This document shows positions 1 to 9,468 of a stretch of DNA of 64,000 bases, piece after piece (positions within the stretch are counted from its first letter, which is position 1; every line of letters begins with the position of its first letter). A program made the position numbers and the translations under genes. The notes under the pieces were generated by a model. The model had not been told where the DNA came from. It ran no database searches and worked only from the letters and a program-made list of their open reading frames with translations. Source of the stretch: an uncultured SAR86 cluster bacterium (lineage in GTDB: Bacteria > Pseudomonadota > Gammaproteobacteria > Magnimaribacterales > Magnimaribacteraceae); NCBI GenBank assembly GCA_937773605.1, contig CALJVP010000006.1:41993-105992 (forward strand). The letters are read 5' to 3'.

Positions 1-242
1 TTCAGCTGAGGTTAGCAAAATTAAGCAAAATGAGGGGGTTGCCAGTCGTGAACCCTCATATGCTAAGACACTCTTTTGCCAGTCATGTGCTTGAATCAAG
101 TGGCGACTTAAGGGCCGTCCAAGAAATGCTGGGTCATTCAGACATAGGAACTACCCAAATTTATACAAAATTAGATTTTCAGCACCTATCAAAGGTTTAT
201 GATGCATCTCACCCAAGGGCAAAAAAGAAAGACAAAACATGA
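1..242 (+). CDS. xerC: Tyrosine recombinase XerC/XerD family, C-terminal part (5' end lies outside the window)
   Basis: The frame is open from base 3. The translation contains [10 protein letters not shown] and [13 protein letters not shown], the catalytic His and Tyr region of tyrosine recombinases. It is followed by a yigB-like HAD gene, as in the E. coli xerC-yigB pair. Confidence 0.8.
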   Translation, partial: QLRLAKLSKMRGLPVVNPHMLRHSFASHVLESSGDLRAVQEMLGHSDIGTTQIYTKLDFQHLSKVYDASHPRAKKKDKT

Positions 243-934
243 CTATTAAAGTAATTTCGTTTGATTTAGATGATACATTCTGGCCAATTATGCCCACCAT
301 TTTAAACGCTGAAAAAGTGACTAATAGCTGGATTAAAGAAAACTATCCAGGAGTGGGTTCTCTTCTTGGTTCAAAAGACGTAATTGAGATACGTGATAAA
401 TTATTAAAAAACGACCCAGGTCTTTTGTACCAATTGTCCAAATTAAGGGAATTATCTTTCGTAGAACTGGGCGTGTTGGCAGGTTACTCGGAAAAAGAGG
501 CAAAAGAAATGGCAACCAGTTCTTTTGAAATATTCTACAACGAAAGAAATAATGTCGTGCTGTATGCAGGTGTCGAAGAGTGTTTGGATAGTTTAAATAA
601 ACAATACTCTTTGGGCGTTATCACTAATGGCAATGCTGATTTAAAAATTATTGGCATAGATCATTATTTTGATTTTAACTTCTCTGCATCTGGTTTTAAT
701 GCGGCTAAACCAGATCCTGTTATGTTTGAGGCTGTCAAAGATTTTACAAAATGCAAAGGAAATCAGATTTGTCATGTGGGCGATCACCCAATCAATGATG
801 TGAAAGCTAGTTACGACTGTGAAATGAATCCTATTTGGTTTAATGATCAAGGACTGGAATGGTCCCTTCCCGAGATTCAACCTCTTGAAGTAACTCATTG
901 GGGAAAAATGGAAGAGGCTATTGAAACTTTCTGA
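239..934 (+). CDS. HAD-superfamily hydrolase (YigB-like phosphatase)
   Basis: The N-terminal FDLDDTFW matches HAD motif I (DxDxT). A late GDHPINDV motif is present. The start overlaps the xerC stop by 4 nt (ATGA). Confidence 0.75.
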   Translation: MTIKVISFDLDDTFWPIMPTILNAEKVTNSWIKENYPGVGSLLGSKDVIEIRDKLLKNDPGLLYQLSKLRELSFVELGVLAGYSEKEAKEMATSSFEIFYNERNNVVLYAGVEECLDSLNKQYSLGVITNGNADLKIIGIDHYFDFNFSASGFNAAKPDPVMFEAVKDFTKCKGNQICHVGDHPINDVKASYDCEMNPIWFNDQGLEWSLPEIQPLEVTHWGKMEEAIETF

Positions 935-936
935 GC

Positions 937-1530
937 TTACAGCTGGGATAAATAATTATCTAACCTATCTGAATTCATGATGAACTTTGATTTTTGGTTT
1001 TCTGCTGCTTGCTTCACGGAATCCAGATTAACAGCCTTACCTACTTGTATGACTCCTATCATTGCCATCATGAGGTGAGGATCGCATTGGTAAACATACA
1101 CACCTTCTGTGTCCAAAGTGACGCTTATGTCTTGACTCAATTGACCCAACCAATTGTTTGCTCCATCAGGAATCATGCCTTCCATGGATACTGAATTATG
1201 AGACATATCAACGGCCTTGAAGTGGATAGTATCTCCTTTTGATACCTTGATAACAGCGGGCTCAAAGATCATCGTGCCTCCAGCGCCTGAATTAAGCATT
1301 TTAACCACATGCTCTGAACCTTGAGACAATTCTATCTTCTCCATAACTACTGCTGGAGTTGCAGCCATTGGCATCGCCGCAGCAACGTTTGAAGAACAAT
1401 CTTCTCCTTCCATACAAACCGAACCAACGGGGGCTATTCTTTTTTTAAGAGCCTCTTCTGCCTGTGAAGAGTAAGCGGGTAAAACGAAAATAAATGTAAG
1501 AAAAATTAATACAGTTTTTATGTAGTTCAT
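937..1530 (-). CDS. Pseudoazurin (type 1 blue copper protein) with signal peptide and an extra N-terminal tether of about 45 aa
   Basis: The C-terminal 125 aa align by eye to pseudoazurin: MLNSGAGGTMIFEPAVIKVSKGDTIHF, HN, and YQCDPHLMMAMIGVIQVG. This supplies the His, Cys, His and Met copper ligands. The N-terminus is a hydrophobic signal sequence. Confidence 0.85.
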   Translation of the reverse strand: MNYIKTVLIFLTFIFVLPAYSSQAEEALKKRIAPVGSVCMEGEDCSSNVAAAMPMAATPAVVMEKIELSQGSEHVVKMLNSGAGGTMIFEPAVIKVSKGDTIHFKAVDMSHNSVSMEGMIPDGANNWLGQLSQDISVTLDTEGVYVYQCDPHLMMAMIGVIQVGKAVNLDSVKQAAENQKSKFIMNSDRLDNYLSQL

Positions 1531-1603
1531 GTTTATTTTATTTAGCTAAAGATAAGCGTCGGCATTATAAAGGAAGAGTGAATAACAATCTTCAATGTTT
1601 TAA

Positions 1604-2788
1604 TCAAAATGCAGCTATGCCTGTTTGTGTTCTTCCAAGGATGAGTGCGTGTATATCATTAGTTCCTTCATAAGTATTAACTACTTCTAAATTAACCATA
1701 TGTCGCATGATGGGATATTCATCAGATATGCCATTACCGCCCAACATGTCTCTGGATTGTCTGGCTATTTCCAATGCCTTGCCTGTTGAGTTTCTTTTTA
1801 TTAGCGAAATTAATTCTGGTGCTATGCCTTCTTGGTCCATCATTTGTCCGGCCCTAAAACAACCTTGCAAGCCCAAAGCAATGTCCGTTTGCATATCGGC
1901 AAGCTTGAGCTGGATGAGTTGATTGGCCCCAAGTGGTTTATCAAATTGCTTACGATCCATTACATAATCTCGAGCAGTCAACCAACATGTCTCAGCAGCT
2001 CCCAATGCGCCCCATGCGATTCCATACCTCGCATTATTTAAACAACTAAAGGGTCCCTTCAAACCTTCTACTTCAGGAAGCATCTGCTCTTCCGATACAA
2101 AAACTTCTTCCATTACTATTTGACCTGTAACTGAGGCTCTAAGAGCAAGTTTGCCTTCTATTTTAGGTGCACTTAAGCCTTCCATGCCTTTTTCAAGAAT
2201 AAAACCCTTAATAATACCTTCGTCATTTTTAGCCCATACAACAAAGACATCCGCTATGGGACTATTCGAAATCCACATCTTTGCACCTGATAGAGAATAA
2301 CCGCCCTTCACAGACTTGGCTCTAGAAATCAGACCACCGGCGTCTGACCCATAATCTGGCTCTGTTAGCCCAAAACAACCAATCCACTCACCGCTCGCCA
2401 ATCTCGGAAGATATTTTTCTCGCTGTGCTTCACTACCAAAAGCGTAAATGGGGTACATGACCAAAGAAGATTGCACGCTCATCATGGAACGATAGCCTGA
2501 ATCGACTTTTTCAATTTCTCTCGCGACAAGACCATAGCTCATGTAGTCAACGCCAGGGCAGTCATACCCTTGAATTGTCGACCCCAAAAGGCCTAAATTT
2601 CCCATTTCTTTGAAAATGGATGTATCTGTCTCTTCGTTTCTAAAGGCCTCTCTAACTCTAGGCAATAACTTTCCTTGTGCGTATTGGTGCGCGGTATCTC
2701 TTACCATTCTCTGATCATCATTTAACTGCTGATCAAGTAGAAAGGGATCTTTCCAATTTAATGATTGCCAATTGCTTTTACTAGCCAT
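1604..2788 (-). CDS. gcdH: Glutaryl-CoA dehydrogenase (acyl-CoA dehydrogenase family)
   Basis: 394 aa. The N-terminal [20 protein letters not shown] and the overall ACAD architecture are typical of GcdH. Confidence 0.8.
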   Translation of the reverse strand: MASKSNWQSLNWKDPFLLDQQLNDDQRMVRDTAHQYAQGKLLPRVREAFRNEETDTSIFKEMGNLGLLGSTIQGYDCPGVDYMSYGLVAREIEKVDSGYRSMMSVQSSLVMYPIYAFGSEAQREKYLPRLASGEWIGCFGLTEPDYGSDAGGLISRAKSVKGGYSLSGAKMWISNSPIADVFVVWAKNDEGIIKGFILEKGMEGLSAPKIEGKLALRASVTGQIVMEEVFVSEEQMLPEVEGLKGPFSCLNNARYGIAWGALGAAETCWLTARDYVMDRKQFDKPLGANQLIQLKLADMQTDIALGLQGCFRAGQMMDQEGIAPELISLIKRNSTGKALEIARQSRDMLGGNGISDEYPIMRHMVNLEVVNTYEGTNDIHALILGRTQTGIAAF

Positions 2789-2883
2789 TCTTTGCTCCGC
2801 TTATGTAGAAAAAGGCTGGAGATAATAACAGGAGCTTTCTATTAATAAAATACAAGCTTCAAGTTCTATATAATCTAATTTTT

Positions 2884-2958
2884 GGGCTAGTAGTTCAGCA
2901 TGGATAGAACGTCTGCCTCCGGAGCAGAAGGTCACAGGTTCAAATCCTGTCTAGCCCA
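2884..2958 (+). tRNA. tRNA-Arg (anticodon CCG)
   Basis: Hand-folded cloverleaf of 75 nt. Acceptor GGGCTAG/CTAGCCC, D stem GTTC/GAAC, anticodon stem TCTGC/GCAGA with loop CTCCGGA, T stem ACAGG/CCTGT with loop TTCAAAT, discriminator A. No CCA is encoded. Confidence 0.9.
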
Positions 2959-3038
2959 CTCATGATGATCTGGAGAATAAGGTAATTTTTACTCGTTTTT
3001 TTTATGGTTATGTATACTGATTCTTTTTGAGGTATTTT

Positions 3039-4676
3039 ATGGAACACGATCTAATAATAAAAAATGGGAATATCATAGATGGAACTGGCTCTGCTGCCTA
3101 CTCTGGGGACGTTTCAATCAAAGATGGACTTATAACTGAAATTGGTGAGATAAATGGGGATGCAGCTGAGATTATTGATGCTGAAGGCATGACAGTTTCA
3201 CCTGGTTTTGTTGATATACATACTCATCTGGATGCTCAGATTGGCTGGGATCCTGAAATGACTCCTATTTGCTGGCATGGTGTCACCACAGCTTTGATTG
3301 GAAACTGCGGCCTCACCTTTGCTCCTTGCAAGCCTGATGATGTTGAAATTCTCGCTGGCATGATGGAAACAGTGGAAGACATTCCAAAACAGGCCATCCT
3401 CTCAGGACTTTCTTGGAACTGGGAGCACTATGGAGAATATCTAGACACGCTGGAAGAGCTAAAACCTTCACTGAATGTTGCTGGTCTCGTTGGTCATTCT
3501 GCTATTCGCTATTACGTCATGGGTGATCGATCTTTTGATGAACAGGCAACTGAGGCTGAAAAGCAGCAGATGGCTGACATTGTAGAAAAAGCAATGAAAG
3601 ATGGTGCAGTTGGGTTCTCAACCAATCGTTACGAACCTCATAAGGCTCCGGATGGTCGTGCAATTCCAGGAACCTATGCCGAGTGTGCTGAACTTGTAGA
3701 GATTGCAAAGGTTGTTGGACCTAGAGATGGTTTAATGCAACTCGTTGGTGCAGACGCTGAGATAATGAGATCCATTGCTGAAACAGAAGGTAGTAGGGTC
3801 TTATTTAGCTATGGTTGTTCAGGCGAAGAAGGTTCTGGGGCTAAGGCTGCAACACATCTTGACGAAATGAACTTGGACGGACGTAATATCACCGGCATCA
3901 GTCACACTCGGGGATCTGGCTATATGTTTGGCCTACAATCAGGCTTACCTATCGAAGGTCTTTCTTGGGATGAACTGCGAGCAAAAGATTTTGAAGGTAG
4001 ATTGGAAGCCATACATGACGAGGCCTTCTGTGAATCTTTAGTTGCTGAAGCCCGAGAACCAAAATCTTGTGGTATTCCTCTCCAAAAAGTCTACTTCCTA
4101 GGTCTCGACGAGGCGCCTGATCACAATTCTGCTCATAATCTAATCGAGTTATCGAAATCTGCCGGGGAGCACTGGTCTGAAACTTTCTTACGCCTATCAA
4201 GAGATAGTCAAGGTCGTGGTCTTTTCAATTGGCGTATGTTTGGCGGTAACCTGAAAGAACAAGGGGATCTCTTTACCAGTGAACATCTTATTCCTGGACT
4301 TGGAGATGTCGGCGCGCATGTTTCTCAAATTATGGATGGAGGTTGGGCTAGTTTCATACTCTCTCATTATGTACGAGAGACGGGTGTATTCACCCTCCCT
4401 CAAGCTATAAAGAGAATGACAGCCGATCCTGCAGCAGTGATTGGTCTCAAAGATCGAGGAATTCTAAAAGCAGGAATGAAAGCTGACATTAATGTGTTTA
4501 ACCCAGAACAAGTAACTGAATTACAAGCTGTATTAGTAAATGACTTCCCGGGCGACGCACCGAGATACATCCAGAGGGCGCGTGGCTTCAAGGCAACGGT
4601 CGTCAATGGCCGGATCAATGTGCTTGATGGAGAACCAACCGGCGCTCGTGCAGGTCAGGTACTTCGGCATCAGTGA
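3039..4676 (+). CDS. Amidohydrolase, N-acyl-D-amino-acid deacylase (D-aminoacylase) family
   Basis: The N-terminal DLIIKNGNIIDGTG...VSPGFVDIHTHLD is the metal-binding HxH amidohydrolase signature in D-aminoacylase-like context. ATG at 3039 is preferred over the TTG at 3027 in the ORF track. Confidence 0.7.
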   Translation: MEHDLIIKNGNIIDGTGSAAYSGDVSIKDGLITEIGEINGDAAEIIDAEGMTVSPGFVDIHTHLDAQIGWDPEMTPICWHGVTTALIGNCGLTFAPCKPDDVEILAGMMETVEDIPKQAILSGLSWNWEHYGEYLDTLEELKPSLNVAGLVGHSAIRYYVMGDRSFDEQATEAEKQQMADIVEKAMKDGAVGFSTNRYEPHKAPDGRAIPGTYAECAELVEIAKVVGPRDGLMQLVGADAEIMRSIAETEGSRVLFSYGCSGEEGSGAKAATHLDEMNLDGRNITGISHTRGSGYMFGLQSGLPIEGLSWDELRAKDFEGRLEAIHDEAFCESLVAEAREPKSCGIPLQKVYFLGLDEAPDHNSAHNLIELSKSAGEHWSETFLRLSRDSQGRGLFNWRMFGGNLKEQGDLFTSEHLIPGLGDVGAHVSQIMDGGWASFILSHYVRETGVFTLPQAIKRMTADPAAVIGLKDRGILKAGMKADINVFNPEQVTELQAVLVNDFPGDAPRYIQRARGFKATVVNGRINVLDGEPTGARAGQVLRHQ

Positions 4677-4826
4677 AACTGGTAAAGAATATTACGTATA
4701 CGAAATAACTAAATAACAAGGCGTTCCTGCAAGAAAGACTTTAGCTGTTGAAGAGTTTCATTAAGTATTTAGTGATGGCCCAGCCTCTGATGAGATAAAT
4801 TTAATAGAAATAGTCGTATAGAGAAA

Positions 4827-5483
4827 TTATTTCACAAAAGTAGCCCAGTCTTCAAATGGCCTTCTTTCCGTCCTTAACTTATTAATCTTTGCTTCATCGT
4901 CTTTATAGCCTATTGCCATTCCACAAAATAGCATTAATTCATCTGGAGCTTTAACAAAAGCAGTAACACTCTCTTGTTTTATTGCCCAAGCTTCTTGTGG
5001 ACATGTGTCTAACCCTACTTCTTTAGCCAAAAGCATAAAATTCTGCAGAAACATTCCTAAGTCTGACCATTGTGGTCTCCCCATTTGTCTATCTACAAAG
5101 CAAAAGAAAGCAGAGGGTGCCCCAAAAAATTTGAAATTTTCTAGCATTTGCTTGAATCTTCCCTCTTTGTCATCTCTATCTATATCGAGTATGGAGTACA
5201 TTTCTGCCCCTACCTCATATCTAGAAGTTTTATAAGGCTCTGAAAGATTCTCAGGATATATATCGTAAGCGGGCGTCTCTGGATCAGTCCAATCTTCTTG
5301 GAACTTTAAGAAATTGATCATCGTTTCATTGTTGATAACAAATATCTTCCAGGGTTGTAAATTGCCTCCTGAAGCTGCTCGTGCAGATTTTTCTAATAGT
5401 CTCTGTATGAGCTCGTCAGAAACTTCTTGATCAGTAAATGCTCTTATTGATTGTCTAGAATTTACAGCTTCAGATACTTCCAT
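4827..5483 (-). CDS. Nitroreductase family protein (FMN-dependent)
   Basis: The N-terminal SRQSIRAFTDQEV...GGNLQPW is the classical nitroreductase-fold signature. It lies 14 nt downstream of the acyl-CoA synthetase gene on the same strand. Confidence 0.75.
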   Translation of the reverse strand: MEVSEAVNSRQSIRAFTDQEVSDELIQRLLEKSARAASGGNLQPWKIFVINNETMINFLKFQEDWTDPETPAYDIYPENLSEPYKTSRYEVGAEMYSILDIDRDDKEGRFKQMLENFKFFGAPSAFFCFVDRQMGRPQWSDLGMFLQNFMLLAKEVGLDTCPQEAWAIKQESVTAFVKAPDELMLFCGMAIGYKDDEAKINKLRTERRPFEDWATFVK

Positions 5484-5497
5484 AGATCACTCCTTGA

Positions 5498-7135
5498 TTA
5501 TCCTAATTCTCTTTCAGCCGTTTCTTTAGCCCACTTATAATTTGCTTTACCATTTGGAGCTCTCATGACTTCTTCTACAAATAGAACTTGCTTTGGAAGC
5601 TTATAGCCAGCTAAGTGTTCTCTAGTAAAAGAAATTAAATCTTGCTCTTGTGTCTCTTTACCGTCATTAAAGGAGGCAAGAGCTACAACTCTCTGTCCAA
5701 ATCTATCATCTTTTAAGCCTACGACTAAACAATCATAAATATCATCATGTCTCTTAATGGCTTCTTCTACCTCTTCAGGATAGACCTTTTCTCCTGCGGT
5801 ATTAATACAATTGCTACCTCTTCCCAACAATGTGATGGTGCCGTCGGCTTCTACAAGGGCATAATCGCCCGGGAAGCTGTATCTAACTCCTTCAATTTCC
5901 TTAAAAGTTTCTGCCGATTTCTTTTCATCCTTAAAATACCCAAGTGGAACAAGACCGCTTGTGCCTATTTTCCCCATGACACCGGAACCTGGCTCTACAT
6001 GCTTGCCTTCATCCGTAATGACTATTACTCCTGGATTTAAGATAAATTTTGCAGTTGGGGCTGGTTCGTCTCTGGAAGCCCTAGAAGATCCCATTCCACC
6101 TTCAGTTGAGCCCATCGCATCTACCAACACCATGTCATGATGCTTTAATAAGCCTTGTTTTACCTCAGAGCTCCACATAACTCCACTTGATATAACAGTG
6201 TTAACAGACTCTAGATTGTAAGGATTACCATCAGATTCAGCTTTGTCTAAAGCATCCATGAGCGGTTTTGCAAATGCATCTCCAACAATGACAATATTAT
6301 TAGCCTTTGTTCTTTCAACCTCTTTTAGAAGTTCATCTGGATCGAAACCTAGCTTGGGGAGGGTCACAACAGCTCCTCCAACTAAATGCGGAATCATTGC
6401 TCCTAGCCACATACCCGTTCCATGCATTAATGGGCAAGCCGGTATACTAACCGTCAAATTTCCTTCGACGGCAAGTCTTTTAACTTTATCGTTAACAGAT
6501 TCCAAATCCTCTTTTTCTATCCTTTCTTGAATAGGGATTAGACCCCAAGCGCCAGCAGTATTAAACATGCCCACGACGTGTCCTTCATGTTGATACATGA
6601 CTCCTTTTGGCATTCCAGTAGTTCCTCCGGTATAGAGCATGTATATATTCTCGCCAGATCTTTTTATTCGATCCATCGGTTCTGAAGAAGAAATAGCTAA
6701 TTCGTAGTCAGTTGCAAAACTTGGTACATCATTTATCCCATCATCAACCTGTATATATAGCTTCACTTTAGGAAGCTTATCTTTAATAGCTTCTATTTGC
6801 TCTTTGTAACAAGCTTGATAGAAAACGGCTTCCGAATCTGAATTATCTAAAAGATAGACTAATTCTTCTTCTTTATATCTATAGTTAACGTTTATTGGGA
6901 CGCCTTCAATTTTGAAGACACTGTACTGTGCTTCTAGATACTCGTTAGAGTTATGTAGGTAAAGTCCAACTTTTGAATCATCTCCAAGTCCAGCTTCTAA
7001 GAGAACTGAAGCTAACCGTGCAGCCCTCTCGTCGTATTCTCTCCATGTAACTTGCTTGTCTCCACAAATTAATGCTATCTCATCAGGGATGGCGTCAGCA
7101 TTCTTTTCAAAGACCGTTGCGTAGTGAGCTTCCAT
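5498..7135 (-). CDS. Acyl-CoA synthetase (AMP-forming adenylating enzyme family)
   Basis: AMP-binding motif YTGGTTGMPKGV. 545 aa. C-terminal KLPKQVLFVEEVMRAPNGK is typical of ANL enzymes. Confidence 0.85.
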   Translation of the reverse strand: MEAHYATVFEKNADAIPDEIALICGDKQVTWREYDERAARLASVLLEAGLGDDSKVGLYLHNSNEYLEAQYSVFKIEGVPINVNYRYKEEELVYLLDNSDSEAVFYQACYKEQIEAIKDKLPKVKLYIQVDDGINDVPSFATDYELAISSSEPMDRIKRSGENIYMLYTGGTTGMPKGVMYQHEGHVVGMFNTAGAWGLIPIQERIEKEDLESVNDKVKRLAVEGNLTVSIPACPLMHGTGMWLGAMIPHLVGGAVVTLPKLGFDPDELLKEVERTKANNIVIVGDAFAKPLMDALDKAESDGNPYNLESVNTVISSGVMWSSEVKQGLLKHHDMVLVDAMGSTEGGMGSSRASRDEPAPTAKFILNPGVIVITDEGKHVEPGSGVMGKIGTSGLVPLGYFKDEKKSAETFKEIEGVRYSFPGDYALVEADGTITLLGRGSNCINTAGEKVYPEEVEEAIKRHDDIYDCLVVGLKDDRFGQRVVALASFNDGKETQEQDLISFTREHLAGYKLPKQVLFVEEVMRAPNGKANYKWAKETAERELG

Positions 7136-7149
7136 GTTATCTCCTTATA

Positions 7150-8508
7150 TTATTTATTAGCCATCCAACTTCCATGAGCACCGTAAGGTATTCTTTGAGG
7201 AAGATAAACTTCAGCGACTGGCTCCGAGTCAAAATTCTTAGAATCTATTATGATCATTTTAGATTTTCTTGTTTCTCTTTCATGAACAAAAGACAAAACC
7301 CAACCTTCATCTTCTTCAGAGTTGCTGCTAGCCGGTGCAAAAACAGGCTCGCCTCCAGCAACATTAGTGCCTAAATTATGATCTATTCTTGAACCACTCT
7401 CCAGTTCATATTTATAGAGATGATTGCCAAAAGTTAAAGAATCTACGTCAGTTTCAATTTGCATTGAATAGCCAAAATCTGATTTAAGGCCCATCCTTCT
7501 ATCATCAATTCTTGGGAAATCGCAAGCCCCATCATCCATTTGCTCTTCTTTTACTTCGCCAGAATTCAGATCAATAGTCCATCTCCAAAGCCTTGCTACG
7601 GTAGATTCACCACCATAAATTTCTTTGAAACCACCCACCATAGCTTCTTGCTGTCTAGAGACATATAAAACTATTTTTCCGTCTTGCTCGTATGAATTAA
7701 ATGAATGAAAAACATAACAGGGATCTATTTCAAACCACCTTACATCCTTGTTGCTACCATCTCTTGGCATCACACCAAGTCTTGCACCACATTCTGGCTT
7801 AAAGCCGAAAGGAGATCCGGTTGTCACGGCTAAATCCATGTCTGAGACTATTGGTAAATCCATGAAAATAACATGGTTCCTGGTGATACTCCAATCGTGC
7901 ATCATGACAGGCCTGGGGATTTCAATTGGCTCTGATTGAACTAACTGACCGGTGTTATCAACTCTGTAATAATTTAGATAAGGCTCTCCCATCATAGAAT
8001 AAGAAAAGAAAAACATTTCACCTGTTTCAGGACAAATTCTAGGATGAGCAGTCATTGCCCCTTTTAATTTTCCATCAAAGTCATATGCGCCTAATGTATT
8101 AAGATCCTTGTCTACTTCCCAAGGAAGATGCGCCTCTTCTAAAGCCAATACTTTTCCAGCGTGTTCAATGATATGCGTATTGGCAGGTGATGCCGTTAAA
8201 TCGCCAAACGAACTGATAACATTTAAATCTTTCTCTAAATAAGGCGTAACAACATATCTGTTCTTGTAACTTGCTTTGCCATTTTCTAAGTACAATCCAT
8301 GAAGCATCCCATTACCAAAAAACCAATGATCACTATGACCGGACTTTGGATTCATACCATTTCTTAGAAACAAACCATTAAGTTCTTTTGGAATCTCTCC
8401 TTTTACTTCTAGATTTAACTCTGAAAGCTCTTTATCCACTGGCGCCCAGTTTCCTTGCAAATGCCAAAGTAAGTCTTTTTTTGTATTATCCCCTGCAATA
8501 TCTCCCAT
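7150..8508 (-). CDS. Carotenoid/stilbene cleavage dioxygenase (CCD / RPE65 family)
   Basis: All four iron-His contexts are recognisable: TAHP, MHDW, FHSFN, YGAHGSW. The GGEPVFAP motif and N-terminal NWAPV...GEIPKELNGLFLRNGMNP are also present. Confidence 0.85.
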   Translation of the reverse strand: MGDIAGDNTKKDLLWHLQGNWAPVDKELSELNLEVKGEIPKELNGLFLRNGMNPKSGHSDHWFFGNGMLHGLYLENGKASYKNRYVVTPYLEKDLNVISSFGDLTASPANTHIIEHAGKVLALEEAHLPWEVDKDLNTLGAYDFDGKLKGAMTAHPRICPETGEMFFFSYSMMGEPYLNYYRVDNTGQLVQSEPIEIPRPVMMHDWSITRNHVIFMDLPIVSDMDLAVTTGSPFGFKPECGARLGVMPRDGSNKDVRWFEIDPCYVFHSFNSYEQDGKIVLYVSRQQEAMVGGFKEIYGGESTVARLWRWTIDLNSGEVKEEQMDDGACDFPRIDDRRMGLKSDFGYSMQIETDVDSLTFGNHLYKYELESGSRIDHNLGTNVAGGEPVFAPASSNSEEDEGWVLSFVHERETRKSKMIIIDSKNFDSEPVAEVYLPQRIPYGAHGSWMANK

Positions 8509-8637
8509 ATCACCTCTCCCTTTTTTTTTACGTTATGAATTTATAACAAATTTATATTTATTTAATAGTACTTTCGTATTAATTTAACAATAGCTAGGGC
8601 TGATTGGGTCATATAGCAAAAATAAACTTAACAGTAA

Positions 8638-9459
8638 TTACATAAATTCATCAGGATCTATTCCTGCCAAACGCAACCTTGTTTCCATTGATTTAACAAC
8701 AGGAAGGTCGATCATTTTACCTTTAAACGCAACTGCTCCCTTTGAAGCATTTGCGAAAGCTATTAGAATCTCTTTGGCTTCCTCTATCTCGTTTTCAGTA
8801 GGAAGAAAGGCTTCTAAAATAGGTTCTATTTGTGAAGGATGTATAGCGGCTTTTCCATTGAATCCCATTTTGCTCGAAAGCTTTGATTCTTGTTTTAATT
8901 CATCTAAAGAAGAGATGCTCATGAATGGGCCATCAATAGAAAATAGATTATTAATAGAGGCCTCAAGAACGATGAGCGAACGATGAAATAAAAGTGAATC
9001 CCATGACATGTCTGATCCAAGACTGGCACTCAAATCTGCACCTCCGAGTGCTATGCCTACGGCCTGATTGGCCTTGGCTAATAAGGGTAAATTTTTAACT
9101 GCTAAAGGCGTCTCTATGAGCAAAACTACATCAACTTTGGGCATATCATCCAACACGGAGGGTTCTTCAATCTTAGGCAACATTAAAGCATCAAATATCT
9201 CTACATTTCTTGAGAATAAGGCTAAATCTTCTTTGCCTATATCTGTATCTAAAGGGTTGATCCTTATGAGAACAGAAATATCTAAAGCGTTGGATTGAAG
9301 ATAATCACAAAGACTGCTCCTCGACGACTCTTTCTCACTTAAGAGGATAGAGTCCTCTAGATCAAAAATTATACAGTCAGCTTTTGAAGCCAATATCTTT
9401 GGGACCCAATCTAATTTATTTGCGGGGACAAAAATAGGGCAAACAGGAAATTTATTCAA
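8638..9459 (-). CDS. HpcH/HpaI aldolase / citrate lyase beta subunit-like (CitE family) lyase
   Basis: 273 aa. FVPANK...ADCIIFDLEDS and a later IHPSQI are CitE/malyl-CoA-lyase-like motifs. Confidence 0.65.
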   Translation of the reverse strand: MNKFPVCPIFVPANKLDWVPKILASKADCIIFDLEDSILLSEKESSRSSLCDYLQSNALDISVLIRINPLDTDIGKEDLALFSRNVEIFDALMLPKIEEPSVLDDMPKVDVVLLIETPLAVKNLPLLAKANQAVGIALGGADLSASLGSDMSWDSLLFHRSLIVLEASINNLFSIDGPFMSISSLDELKQESKLSSKMGFNGKAAIHPSQIEPILEAFLPTENEIEEAKEILIAFANASKGAVAFKGKMIDLPVVKSMETRLRLAGIDPDEFM

Positions 9460-9468
9460 AAGGAATTC

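Noticed and set aside
1-242. A tyrosine recombinase at the window edge as a sign of a mobile element.
   Set aside because: The sequence and the downstream yigB-like gene fit housekeeping XerC, the chromosome dimer resolvase. A phage or ICE integrase does not fit.
2884-9459. Possible tRNA-Arg-anchored genomic island carrying the amidohydrolase, nitroreductase, ligase, CCD and CitE genes.
   Set aside because: I found no integrase, transposase or phage gene in the block, and I did not see a direct repeat of the tRNA 3' end at its far side. Codon style, including ATA and AGA use, resembles the surrounding genes. The block may be accessory metabolism, but nothing supports a mobile island.
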